Under the pieces are notes generated by a model. It saw nothing but the letters and a program-made list of their open reading frames with translations. It was not told where the DNA came from and searched no databases. Positions 1-11,333 of a stretch of DNA of 64,000 nucleotides are shown one piece after another. Each line of letters starts with the position of its first letter. The stretch's first letter is position 1. Source of the stretch: Podarcis gaigeae (taxonomy: Eukaryota); assembly GCA_964106915.2 (NCBI GenBank), contig OZ066918.1. One strand, 5' to 3'. A program made the translations under genes and the position numbers.

Positions 1-435
1 TGGTACAGTCCACTGAAACTTTTGGGTCGGCTCTTACCTAATTGCCTTATATGGCTGGTCTTACTTACCACTTTGTTGGAGTTTGTGATGCTTCTGCTAT
101 TTTTACAATAGTCCTTTTATTATGATTTCCTTGATTTATCGTGCTGCGAGTTATATTGAATCTTATAAGTCTAGTAGGTTCATTTTGTTGCTAGGGTTGA
201 GCCCCAGCAGTTTCCAAGAGATGGCTTCTAAATCTTGTGACTTGGGTCATGGAACTCAGGTGTTAGGTGAAACATGAGGAAAGTGTTGACTTGGTTTGGT
301 TGGCATCTGTTTCGGGAGACAATGGTGCAGTGTGCCTTTGGGGGTGGAATAAAACTATTGGAAGGTTATAGTGCCTGCTGTGGCTGTAGATACTGATACA
401 GGAGAGGTATGTTTTCTTGTTGCTTTTTTGAATAC

Positions 436-1194
436 TGTCAGGACTGCCGCTAGGTCCCAGCTCACAGAGGACCAACGCCCAGTGGATATTATATACAAAA
501 GTCTTTATTGAAGTTTAGTTTCCATTTCCAAGCTCTGGGCGCGCAGACCCACGTCTTAACGCTAGACCGGCTAAGTCCCCTCTGACTCGCTGCTAAAGCC
601 ACACCAGTTTAAGATTCTCGCTTTGCTCCACCTCCTACGCTGCTCCTTCCTACGCTGGGTCCTTCTGCCCTCTGGGGTTATCTCCTTCCTTGATTCCTCT
701 GAAGCTGACCCCCCTGAGTCCCGCCCTTCCTTCCGGCGGGCTTTAGGATCTGGCTCCCTGTCAGGACTCCCTGCTGTGCCGCTCGCCTGTACATTTGAAC
801 TTGGCGTGCGCGCCCAGCCGGTAACCTTCCTTCTGACCGTTTCCCCGCTTCCGGATGTGGGCGTGGCCAGCCCTGCCTCCTCTCCTCCCGCTGGTGGCAA
901 GAACACTGGTTCCGACTCCTGGGACTCCCCCTCCCCACTGCGCTCTGGTGGGGAAGATGGTCCCGATTTCCAACTGCTGCTCAGGGACTCCCCGCTGGCC
1001 CCTCCCTCTTGAGGTTTCTCCCCTGGAATCTCCCTTGCTCTGGCCATCGGTGCTCCCTTCTGCGAGTCTTCCGATTCACTAGAGAGGCTTGCGGAATGAT
1101 CTGGCAGCTGTCACTTCCTGCTCCCCCTTCGTCCTCTTCCTCCTCACTCTCCATTTGCTCCCCCTCCTGTGTCTCTCCTTCTGAACCCCTGACA
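436..1194 (-). mobile_element. Solo LTR (Gypsy/ERV-type), 759 bp
   Basis: TGTCAG...CTGACA termini; perfect 5-bp TSD AATAC at 431-435 and 1195-1199; AATAAA on the minus strand near 505-510; CpG-rich relative to the flanks. Confidence 0.85.
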
Positions 1195-1356
1195 AATACC
1201 TTCTTGTATTAATCCAGGCAGGACAGCAAGGGTGTCATCCTGAGATTACTGTTCACCACTTCTTTAATAATATTTCTTCTTAGCCAGAAAACATGACTTT
1301 TTATGACCCTTATCTGTTCCTATTCCTTCCTGTCTTTCCTTGTATCTTTCCCCCAG

Positions 1357-1419
1357 GGTGAGGTGGGTGAGGCTGGCTTACCTGGCACCCCTGGCCTTCC
1401 TGGTCCTTCTGGCCCAAAG
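1357..1419 (+). CDS. COL13A1: Collagen XIII exon GEVGEAGLPGTPGLPGPSGPK
   Basis: Polypyrimidine tract, cag|GGT...AAG|gtaact, 63 bp of Gly-X-Y. The gene begins upstream of the window. Confidence 0.9.
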
Positions 1420-2158
1420 GTAACTTTTGCATTGCACCAGCAACTTCCCATGTCCCAAATTCAACCGATTGCTACTTCACTGTGTTACAACAATGATGTT
1501 CATATGAACATCCCATACATTGACAAGAGGAGTGGTGTTGCACCCAGAGGACATTCTGCACACATGTATGGCTTAAGGCAAATATTTTTTCCCAGTCTTG
1601 AAATGAAGATTTAGTGACCCATTGTGATGGGTATTAGGTACTCTCTCTCCCCCCCCCCCGCCTCACTTTTGCTAGGGCAGGTGAAAACACCACTCTTTGC
1701 CCTGGAATTTCTTATTCCTGCTGCAGAGGCTTTCTCCCATTAATTAGTGGTGAGAGGAATGTATTTTGCAGTGCTTTCTCCTATTCTGATCTCATATGTT
1801 CTAGAATTGAATCCTGGCATTGAAAACAGATGCTATGGCTGGGTTCTAGCCCAAACGATGCTCTGTGCTCTTGTTTCTGGTCAAAGAAAGTTGCTTGGTT
1901 TTATAGTGCTTGAAAAACCTGTGGAGCCAGAGACAATAGAAGAAGGAAAAAATGTATGTGTACACTGTGCGCTCTGTCATACCATCTTACATTTTTTTTG
2001 TCTATCTACAACCTACATGGTTTTCAAGTGTGCCACCCTTCATTTCTCATCCATTTCTCAATGCAGCTCATTTCCCCTAATTTCTTATTTCTGCCTGTCC
2101 TCTCCCCTCTTTTTCTATCCCCCCCCCCATTTTCTTCTCTCTGTTTTCCCTTGCACAG

Positions 2159-2185
2159 GGTGAAAAGGGGGAGCCTAGCATGAAG
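2159..2185 (+). CDS. COL13A1: Collagen XIII micro-exon GEKGEPSMK
   Basis: Long polypyrimidine tract, cag|GGT...AAG|gtaggc, 27 bp. Confidence 0.75.
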
Positions 2186-2761
2186 GTAGGCATGGTGTCA
2201 ATCTGGAATGGGAATTGTTACTCAGAACAATGTATTGTTATAAAAATCTTGACCCAAGACAGACCTGTGGCCTATTTAATAGCATATCCATCTGTGTTGT
2301 GATTAACCACTAGCAGACTTCCATGTCCTGGCTCCACTAGGCACACACAGAGAGACACGGTGAAATCTATCTTTATGAGTTTGGTGGAATTTGACTCTTT
2401 GCAAAGGCATTTCTTTGACTACTCAAACTGGCTGATGATTTCTTGCCCTTCTGTATCTTGTGAGACGGGTTGGGGTTTCTTCACAATGTCTGGTTAGCTG
2501 ACACATCAAACCCACTCTAAAATCGGCAGATCCTGATGTTGAGGTTTGGCATGCTCCTTTCTTTTCTTCTGATGCTCGGCGCCCTTTTAAGAGAGGCTAA
2601 CATGATTTCATGCCCATATGTTATCTATTTGATTAAAATGTATATTGAGCCTATAAATTTTGAATATATCCCTGTGTTTTTTAAAAAAGGTATTACAGCT
2701 TTGGCCAAGATCCACAAAAGACAAGGCAAACTATAACAGGCTGTATGATTTAAATGTCTTC

Positions 2762-2905
2762 GGGGCTGGTTCTAGCTCAGTTGGTTAGTGTGATGCTGAT
2801 AACACCAAGGTTGCAGGTTCAATCCCCGTATGGGAGAGCTGCATTTTCCTGCATTGCAGGGGGTTGGATTAGATGATCCTCAGGGTCCCTTTCAACTCTA
2901 CAATT
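2762..2905 (+). mobile_element. SINE with tRNA-Ile-like head and CR1-type 3' tail
   Basis: TAGCTCAGTTGGTTAG (A box) ... GGTTCAATCCCC (B box), then CCTGCATTGCAGGGGGTTGGATTAGATGATCCTCAGGGTCCCTTTCAACTCT, a CR1 3'-end motif. Confidence 0.8.
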
Positions 2906-3974
2906 AAACCTACTTACAATTTACACACTACTCTCCAATTACACACTACTCTACAGTTACACACTACTAAAAATGTCTATTTGGATAGCTTGTCTTTTCA
3001 ATGTACCCGCTACAACTTACTGAGACAAATTTGATTTATTAATGTATTTATGTGCTGCCCCCTCACATACAATATCAAGACGGTGCAAAACAAGATATGC
3101 TAATACAATTGGCTTCCCAGCACATGTATTGAGGTAATTTAATGGTCATATCTTCCCTATTCTTTTTTAAGTACAGATGCTCCATTCTTCCCTTATTCCT
3201 TACTATTCATGAGCAAGAGAAATACATGCACTAAGGTACTAATAGGAAAGAAAACTTGACATCTGTCACCTACTGTGCAGAAAGGCGGCCCCTTATAAAC
3301 TGCTGCCCTAAGCTGCTACCTAGACTGGCTTCATAGTAGGTTGCAATGAGTCTGCTTTCAGAGACACCACAGTTATTCACATGTTGTGTCTGTCATTACC
3401 CAACAGCAAGTTGCTTATTAAGAGGAAGGTGGGTAATCATTAGCAACTAATATCAGTGCTAACTAGCATATCCCAGTGATGTTTTCCACACCTACCCAGA
3501 GGCTGCCTCCTGATTTTCTGGGCAGCTGAAAAAAACATACACATTCTCCAAGGTGAAAAGGATTATACATCAAGAGTTTCACAACCTGTCTGTGAGCACA
3601 GCCAGATCATTAAACCCTGGAGATCTGGAGATCTTCTTAATCCAGGTTTTCCAATTGGATTGTGATGAGAAGGAAGCGTCAATTTCAAGGAAAATCAAAG
3701 CTCCATGAAACTTGTAGTTTAAAGAGGAAACCAGCAGGAGACTGTCCTGGTGGGAAGAAATGAACAGCATTTTGTCTCTTCCTCCCCCCCCCCCCCAAAC
3801 AGCCTACCCTCAAGCTTTGAATTGAGATCCTGGGCTGCCCTCTGCTGGTTTGTTAGAAGCAGAAACAAATTACAGTACGTTGTTTCATGTTAGCTTTAGT
3901 GACAATCAAAACTGTTCTCCCATTTTTGGCACTTGTGAACACATACGTTTGGTTTATATACTGTTCAGATCCCT

Positions 3975-3985
3975 TTATCTATCTA

Positions 3986-4022
<37 letters not shown>

Positions 4023-4035
4023 TTATTTATTTATT
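3975..4035. repeat. Compound (TCTA)/(TCTG)/(TTTA) microsatellite
   Basis: Directly visible tandem tetranucleotides. Confidence 0.9.
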
Positions 4036-5159
4036 TCCTGGTGTCGTGCGTATATGCGGTCGCATGTGAGTTGATCACACATAAGTAGGGTGTGTGTGCC
4101 TGTATATATTAGTGAAAATGACATTCAAATATGCATTCTGCATTTTTGAAATTGCTTACAAAAATGTGTATATTTGGAAAAATTGTAAACAGAGATGTGT
4201 TTATTAAGAGAAATTAGCATGTAAATGTACTCAGATTTTCATGAGAAGGTTTTTTTAAAAATAGAATATTTTTCCCACTGATGTGGAAATGTGGTGAATT
4301 GAAGTTAAGTTTGGGGAAATGAGGAACTGGGAGCAACTAAAATTGTCACAATCATCCATCCATAGTCCAGAGAGACACTCATGTCTATATGATACACACA
4401 ACAAGGAAGTGTCATCCAAAACTCCAGCATCACTGAATTGTACTGCCTTTCTCCTCCCATAGTATTTAGGCTCCCTTGCTCCATGTGGTCCACTGTACAT
4501 CATCCCATTTCTGCAGTGATTATGTGGTAGGAAAACACATGATATGATGATGCCAGGGTAAATGATCGCTTGCATTGCTGGGGAGAACTTGACACACTAC
4601 CCATACAGCAAAAGAGTTGATCTGTGTTTTGGCCGCCGTGCAGAGAAGTTGTTTTCAGATGTAATAAATTCAGCACAGTGAAGTTCGGTATTTTCTGGGA
4701 AGGTAGTTAACATCAGCCAGTTGAAGTGACATTGAGAAGGTCATAAGTCAATCCCTACGCCTATGGCATATTAGCATAATATCTCTGCAACACTACCTGA
4801 CACCACAAGCCATGAGCTGCACTGATTATTTATTTGCTGGCACAACCAGTCTCTAGTTTGATTCTGGCATTACGTTTTGACATTTTCCCCATGCAAAAGA
4901 TGGAGAAAACCATGTTCTCATCATGATAACTTTAACACTTCAAATGTTTAATAATAAATTCAGAATGTACTAATTCTATTGTAAGAAATTATCACAGCAA
5001 TGGTTGACTTCTACTCTGAAGCGTCAGAGCTTCTTGAGATCTTATGGAATACAGTTTTCTCCAGTTTCAGTGGTTACCAACAAAGGTCATATGGGGGCCT
5101 ATGTTTTCCCCTCACTCTTCCATCTTCATTATCTTTATCTTGTTTTTTTCCTATTCCAG

Positions 5160-5204
5160 GGGGAGAGGGGCATGCCAGGGCTACCAGGAAAACAAGGAGT
5201 TCAG
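5160..5204 (+). CDS. COL13A1: Collagen XIII exon GERGMPGLPGKQGVQ
   Basis: cag|GGG...CAG|gtattc, 45 bp; matches COL13A1 GERGMPGMPGKHGAK. Confidence 0.93.
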
Positions 5205-6650
5205 GTATTCTGCAAGGAATGGAGTCTGACTTATCCAACTACCCTTACCCATACCTCTCAACTGACCCTGAGACTCAGAGATTACACCAATTACCTTTAA
5301 CATTCTCTACATGTATTCTGTACATGTATTTCCTACTCTTAAAATACAAAAAGCTCAAAGTCTGATTTAGCAAAAGGAAGAAGAACCAGGAAGAAATGTT
5401 TTGCTGAACAAATGGCATGCCTGTTCCTCAACAGTTTTCCCATTGTGGAATGAAGTGAAGTGCCTTAAGATACCCACTGCAATGAGTGTGCGATCCACTA
5501 AACCAATCTGTGCTTCATTTGCGCCACGGAAACAGAGAGCATAAATTTGACTGATTTGCCATTGGATCAAGGTTCAAATGTTTATTACTTTCAGAGGAAT
5601 GGAAAAGAATTCCACTTGAGTATGTGCTTAGTTTTAAATTTATAGCTGCGATTCAGATTAAACTCCAGTGCACATATTTTACGTCAGAATAACCCTTATT
5701 TAAAGGATTCCAGAATTGCATTAATTTACATGTTAAAGGACTGACATGCCATCTCTTCAATCAAATCCACCCTCCCAATATATATTTATCCCCTTCATGT
5801 CTCTAGCCCATAGTTACTAAACATTACTCACATCTGATGCATTTCTGAATGTTTCTTTCACCTGTTATTACATAGAATCCCTGATTTCCATCTTCTGTCC
5901 TTGTGTTTTTTAGCTATGCCCCTGATTTCTGTTTCAGAAAGTTGAGAGGTATGATCCTTCTCCCTCTTCTTCCATCCCCATCTGCTTCACACCTTTCAAT
6001 GTTTGAACCTGTTTGCCCTTCTTGGTTTATGATTTAAATCTGCTTCTCCAAGCAAGTCTCTTTGTTGTTCATCTATTTCACTAAACTCTCCAAACCCCCA
6101 TTATTCTATGTCTAACAATAAATATTTCCATCCGTTCCCACTTCTTTCCCTAGGACCACTTGCTCTTGTAATCAAATTCTCTCATTGAAGAGCCTAACAG
6201 ATACTAATATGTAGAATGTGCCCACCTCCTTTATTTAGCCAATAAGCACTCATCTCAAGATTCCATCTGCACTGCAATTTTTGTCTAGGAAATTCTCACC
6301 ACTTGATATCCTTCCCAAAGGCTTCCAGTATCTTTCTTTCCCTGCCCAGGTGTTACATGTTACATATTGGCTGCTTTGATGAGCTTGCTCCCCATTAGCA
6401 TCATTTCCAGTCATTAATAGGGAGCAGGGAAATACAGTGGTCTACAGTGGGCATTGTTTTTGCCATAAAAATGCTACTGAACGTGACCTCATCATGGTGA
6501 CTGGTCCTTCTTCCTGCTGAAACACTTGCAAGTGTATTTCAAATGGATCGAGCCATTACATTCTGCATATCCATGGCCATCTTGAGGCCGTTGGGAAGGA
6601 TATGTGGAGACACAAGGTAACAGCCTTTATAGGTGTACTTCCCAACTTTG

Positions 6651-7103
6651 GCTGGGTTCACATGTAATGCTAAACCACAGTTTGTGTTACAAAACTGAGT
6701 TGCAGTGAGCATTTGGCTTGTTACCTCCTTCTCTGGCAAAACCATGAAGAGGAGTTAATAATTTTTTGTTTCCTTATTTGACTAACTGCAGCTGGTTGTG
6801 ATGTTCAAACCTGGGCAGACTTCAGATACTCTTAAATATGGTTTGCTAAAAACAAGTCAGCTTCAGACTGTGACTTATAAATCTGGCTTGTTTGAGTAGA
6901 TTGTAGCTATGATTAACCACAGTTTAGGGTTGCACAGAATGAACAGCTGTGGTTAATATAAAATGGAAGCAGAAGATTCTAGCCTTCCTGCAGCTATGCC
7001 AAAAGAGGAGAGGAGAAGAGAAGTAAATGCAAGAGTCCTAGACTCATTGTGGCTTGTCCTCATAATGTTAAGACATAGTTTAGCATTACATGCTGATGGA
7101 GCC
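6651..7103. mobile_element. Degenerate palindromic MITE (PIF/Harbinger-like)
   Basis: Inverted termini CATGTAATGCTAAAC ... GTTTAGCATTACATG. Confidence 0.5.
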
Positions 7104-8307
7104 ATTATGGACAGAGCTGGGGTCACTAATCATAGGGAGGCCATTTTCTATAGTGTCCCTTTCATCAGCCTCAATATGTGCTTCAGCCTTCACAAAGAAT
7201 CACCCAAGTTTGATTCAGATGAACAGCCAAAATAGCTAAGTCATCACAGGACAATATTTTTTACGTGGACTGTTCTTTTAAATGCACTAACATAATGCAG
7301 ATACTGCAGCTGACAATCTCCTGGATAATGTCTGAAGTCATATGTAAAAATAACTAGTTGTTTTTTGTGTGGTGCCTTTACCACCTCAACAGTTTGCCTG
7401 AATCCAACTGCAAAGCAAAGGTTAAGTAATTGGTAGAGATATGAGGACAACACCAAACACTCATTTGTCACATTTTATGCAAAAAATCCTGCATATGTGA
7501 GGAATTATTTATTTTCCTGCCATCCAAAGTACAAAGATCTCCTGACAGATCCCATGGCTGTATAGCATTCTTGCTACATTTCATTTCATTTCCCCACCTT
7601 AATGTCCCATTACTAATATTCACATTTTCCCTCAGTCATAAAATAATACTAGATATACACTATTGCATACATGAGACCAGAAACTGTTCAGTAAAGTTGA
7701 TGGTGAAAACCTTAAGATTATGAAATAGCCAAGGTTTGGTTTCTGCTAAAAGCAATAGCACAGTTTCTCTTTCAAAACAATAGCAAGATGCATTGATGAT
7801 GCTAGTGTAGAGGAACTGTGAAACACTCCTGTCTAGACCCAAGAGTCTTAAAACCTCCGCCCTCAGGAAATTCTTTCCACATTGATTTGTCTGCGGAAGG
7901 ACCCCATTGCATGTGTTGAGGAACCCTTTGTGGTACTGAATGATTGTGATTTCTAGGGTGTCCTCTCAACACACACAGTGCCCCAGCCAAGCACATGTGG
8001 ACCAGTGATGTGCTCCACAATGTACCTAGCACTCCCTGCAACCAAACATTGCAGGAGATGGTAATGGAAGGCAAACTGTGCTTGAGAGAAGTTTGTCTGC
8101 CAATACTGAACTCCTCATTGAGGAATCCCTTAGGGCCAAGCCAGAGGTGACAGCAGCAGACCTTTCTCTTCCTCTTCCTCTCTCCCCCTCCCCGCCCCAC
8201 CTTTCTCTTTCTCTCTCAGAACTAAAAGAGGAACACAGGTGTGGATTTAGGTTTAGAAAATTTGCTCCTAACTGCAGCTTATCTCCCAGCAGTGTGCCCC
8301 TTTAGGT

Positions 8308-8438
8308 CAGAGGTGGGGAATCTGCAGTCCTACGGGAGTTATGAGATTCTGCTAGTCCCAGCCAGCATGGGCAATAGTCAGGGCTAAAGGGAGTTGTAGT
8401 CCCAAAACAGCTGGAGATCCACTTTTGGGAAACATTGA
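8308..8438. mobile_element. Degenerate hAT-type MITE
   Basis: Shares the GGGAGTTGTAG..CAAAA..CTGGAG block with the intact copy at 61684-61819. Confidence 0.5.
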
Positions 8439-8810
8439 GCTGGATGGACTGGTGGTCTGTCTCAGTATCAGGGAGCTTCCTGTGCTCTTGTGTGTTGATG
8501 CTTTTGTTATCTGTGCTCTGGCATCAGAGGCTAGGGGGAAGTAAGCAGTGGGTTTGGTAAGAGATTCATTCACACACTCCCTTTGCTATGAAAAATCAGA
8601 TGCAGCCAACATGCCCTGTGCTGCTGTCACATCTAGTTTGGCCCTAGTAATCTTCCAAGGCTGTTGGCTTCTATTTTACATTACCTTAGGTATGCGTTGC
8701 CCCCTCCCCAAGAAAAAAAAAGAGAAACTTTCTGAAACTTTCTCTCTTGAGCAAACACCTTTTTTTCACCATCTATCAAAGTATCCCTGTCTTTCCTTTC
8801 TCTCTGTCAG

Positions 8811-8843
8811 GGGGATCCTGGAATTGCGGTGGCAGGCATGAAG
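8811..8843 (+). CDS. COL13A1: Collagen XIII exon GDPGIAVAGMK
   Basis: cag|GGG...AAG|gttagt, 33 bp; contains the PGIAVAGMK imperfection characteristic of COL13A1. Confidence 0.95.
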
Positions 8844-10693
8844 GTTAGTTTCCAAGTGCTAACCTCTCAGGGGGGCTGTAGAGCTCTCTTAGGAGATGAA
8901 AACAGAGGTGTGCTCTCAGCATCAAATAGTGGGGAGTAGAGAACTGAAAAGCAAAGCACAGCCCTGAGATTAGAGCTGTTTTAATAAAAAGCATTTTTAA
9001 AAAAAGAATTATCATTATGACTGCTTACTATTTTGCCAGTTCAACTGCTAAATTTGGGGGTTTTATTGCACTCAGAAACATCACATCTAGTGTTTTGTAA
9101 TGTAGTAGAGATTATAATCCACTGGAGAGATCCTATGAGTACAAAGTTCCTTCATAGTAAAAAAAAAAGTGGCACTTAGTCAATAGTGCAAATGTTTAAG
9201 ATAATGTCTGGTCAAAGTTCATAATGTGCATCCATCAGATTAATTAAATAGCCACAATGGCAGATTCTCATATCATGCACTATCCACCGGTGTTGTTGTT
9301 TTTTAAAAAAGACCTAAAGCAGCTTTGATGTGCCAGCAAACCAGTGCTTAGAGTGGTGTACAAAAATAAAGTACCACAGCCCACATGAGATGCTGGTGTT
9401 ACAGAGACATTATAACACTGTTGCAAACAGAAACACAGATCAGAGTGATTTCTTTTAAATGATCATAATATAACTTTTCTCGCAGACTAGTGTGGAATCT
9501 AAACACATATAAAAAACTGTGAAACGCTTTTTTAATGTTTTGAAAAGAATATTGAATTTGCCATAGCTCACCATTGCCATCTAATGCCACATTTGTATAA
9601 TATACTTTACAACACACGTTTTATTTGCAGCTGTATAGCTGAGTCCTAGGCCTGCCTTATCAGAGTAATTTTATAGCGCTACCAAAATTCCTTTTAGAAG
9701 GTAGGTTATGTGCAGAGGGTAGAATTTTATATTTGTACTCTGCACTGAAGCAAATGGGACTTCCTCCTCCCTGGGAATTCTGTTGGTGAGGGCTGGGCCA
9801 CCCAGAGCTCATCCACACTTCCATTTGTCCCATGATTTCTAGACACGGGTCTGAGAAGTTTTTTTCTTGTCCTGCCACTTTCTCCGGGAAAATCTGTGGG
9901 TTTTTTGTTGAATCAGAACAAATGGTATTTGGGTTTTCTGCAGATTGACATTGGTTCCAATTCAGCAGTAAACCACAGGTTTTCTCAGGGAAAGTGGTGG
10001 GATGGAAGAAAAACCTCTTGGACCAAGAAATCATGGGATGAAGGGAAGTGTGGTTGAGCCCCCAGTGTCATTACCAGAGTTTCTCCAAGATCAACACATT
10101 ATTGTGCTCCATTCACTTCTATGGGAGAATGTAAAGAAGGGCACTATGGCTCTGGTGGCCCAAATCAACATTGCTCCTATCTGCATAGTCATGGTTCTCT
10201 TTTTCCAAAGTTGCCTCCTTAGGACAATATTTGCAGGGCAAAATCTGCAAGCGAGGGAAGGCTTCAAATCCTTTCCCATCTACTGATTCTCCCCAGAAAA
10301 TAGCCCTGACTGACATTTGCATTAGAAGGAAAACATCAGAACTCAATGTTTTCTTCATTAGTTCTGCCCTCAAACTTGAATATTAACAACTCTTGCCCAT
10401 CTGTATTTCTGCAGATTCTGTTTTTGAGTCTTGAAATAAAATACTTTTGGTCCGTTTAAAGCTGGATAGAAAGTTGCATGAGTGAATTTCACATCAGTAC
10501 ACAGCTGTGTGAGACCTAGTGAAACCCATTAGACAGACGTAAATGCAAATTGAAATAAAGCTAAAGTGGGGCTTTGGCATGAGGTCTTCTTCAAAGAATG
10601 GTCACCTACTCTGCCTGTTAGTGCTGGAAGTAAAAGAATTGCCCTCTCCTCTCTTCTTCTCTCAGTTTGTTTTTCCATCTTTTCCTAATGCAG

Positions 10694-10720
10694 GGTGAGC
10701 CAGGGATTCCAGGAGCAAAG
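10694..10720 (+). CDS. COL13A1: Collagen XIII exon GEPGIPGAK
   Basis: cag|GGT...AAG|gtattg, 27 bp. Confidence 0.92.
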
Positions 10721-10910
10721 GTATTGCACTTAAAGAAATGTCTGTTCTTAGTCTGCTTTGTCTATGTTTTATTTTAAGTCTCTTAAGGAGATCTGGTGTT
10801 ATAATCAGGATGTGAGTATGTGAATACTTTGGTTAGTAGAGATGTTCCCTATTTTCCTCTCCCCTCCCCAGAGGGAAACAAGTGAAATTTCACCAGGATC
10901 TGTAGAAGTT

Positions 10911-10959
<49 letters not shown>
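10911..10959. repeat. (TCTA)n microsatellite
   Basis: About 12 perfect units. Confidence 0.95.
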
Positions 10960-11270
10960 GGAGCTACTATATCTTAGCTCTAGATCTCCTCCCCAAGCTT
11001 CAATAGAAGGGCTTCAATAATGACCTACTTTACAGGGTTGTTGTGTAGATTACTGAGATTAGGTGTGTGAAGTGTTTTCACCACTTTAAAACTCTATATA
11101 AATCCTACTGATGTTGTTGTTGCTATCAGCAACAAAATTAGAAGTTTTAGCAAGTTTGCTATTTCTTTTAGGTGTTTCAGGGTTTGGCTATGTTGTGCTT
11201 GAAGACTACCAGTCAAGCGTAACAGACATAATTCTCTGCCTCCCTTTTCTTACCCATCCTCCAAATAAAG

Positions 11271-11333
11271 GGAGACCGTGGAGTTGCAGGGAAGATGGGC
11301 CCCCCAGGTTTGCCAGGGAAAAGGGGGCAGAGG
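11271..11333 (+). CDS. COL13A1: Collagen XIII exon GDRGVAGKMGPPGLPGKRGQR (possibly alternative)
   Basis: 63 bp of perfect Gly-X-Y; atypical aag| acceptor; AGG|gtagga donor. Confidence 0.8.

Noticed and set aside
623-1012. 129-aa + strand ORF
   Set aside because: Antisense shadow of the minus-strand LTR frame; GC-rich with no independent signal.
2762-2835. Possible tRNA-Ile gene (and tRNA-Lys at 22398)
   Set aside because: Stems are degenerate and both run straight into a CR1 tail, so they are SINE heads.
5065-5085. Possible micro-exon FQWLPTK upstream of the GERGMP exon
   Set aside because: Weak donor (gtcata), no Gly-X-Y, only a 74-nt downstream intron; unsupported without reads.
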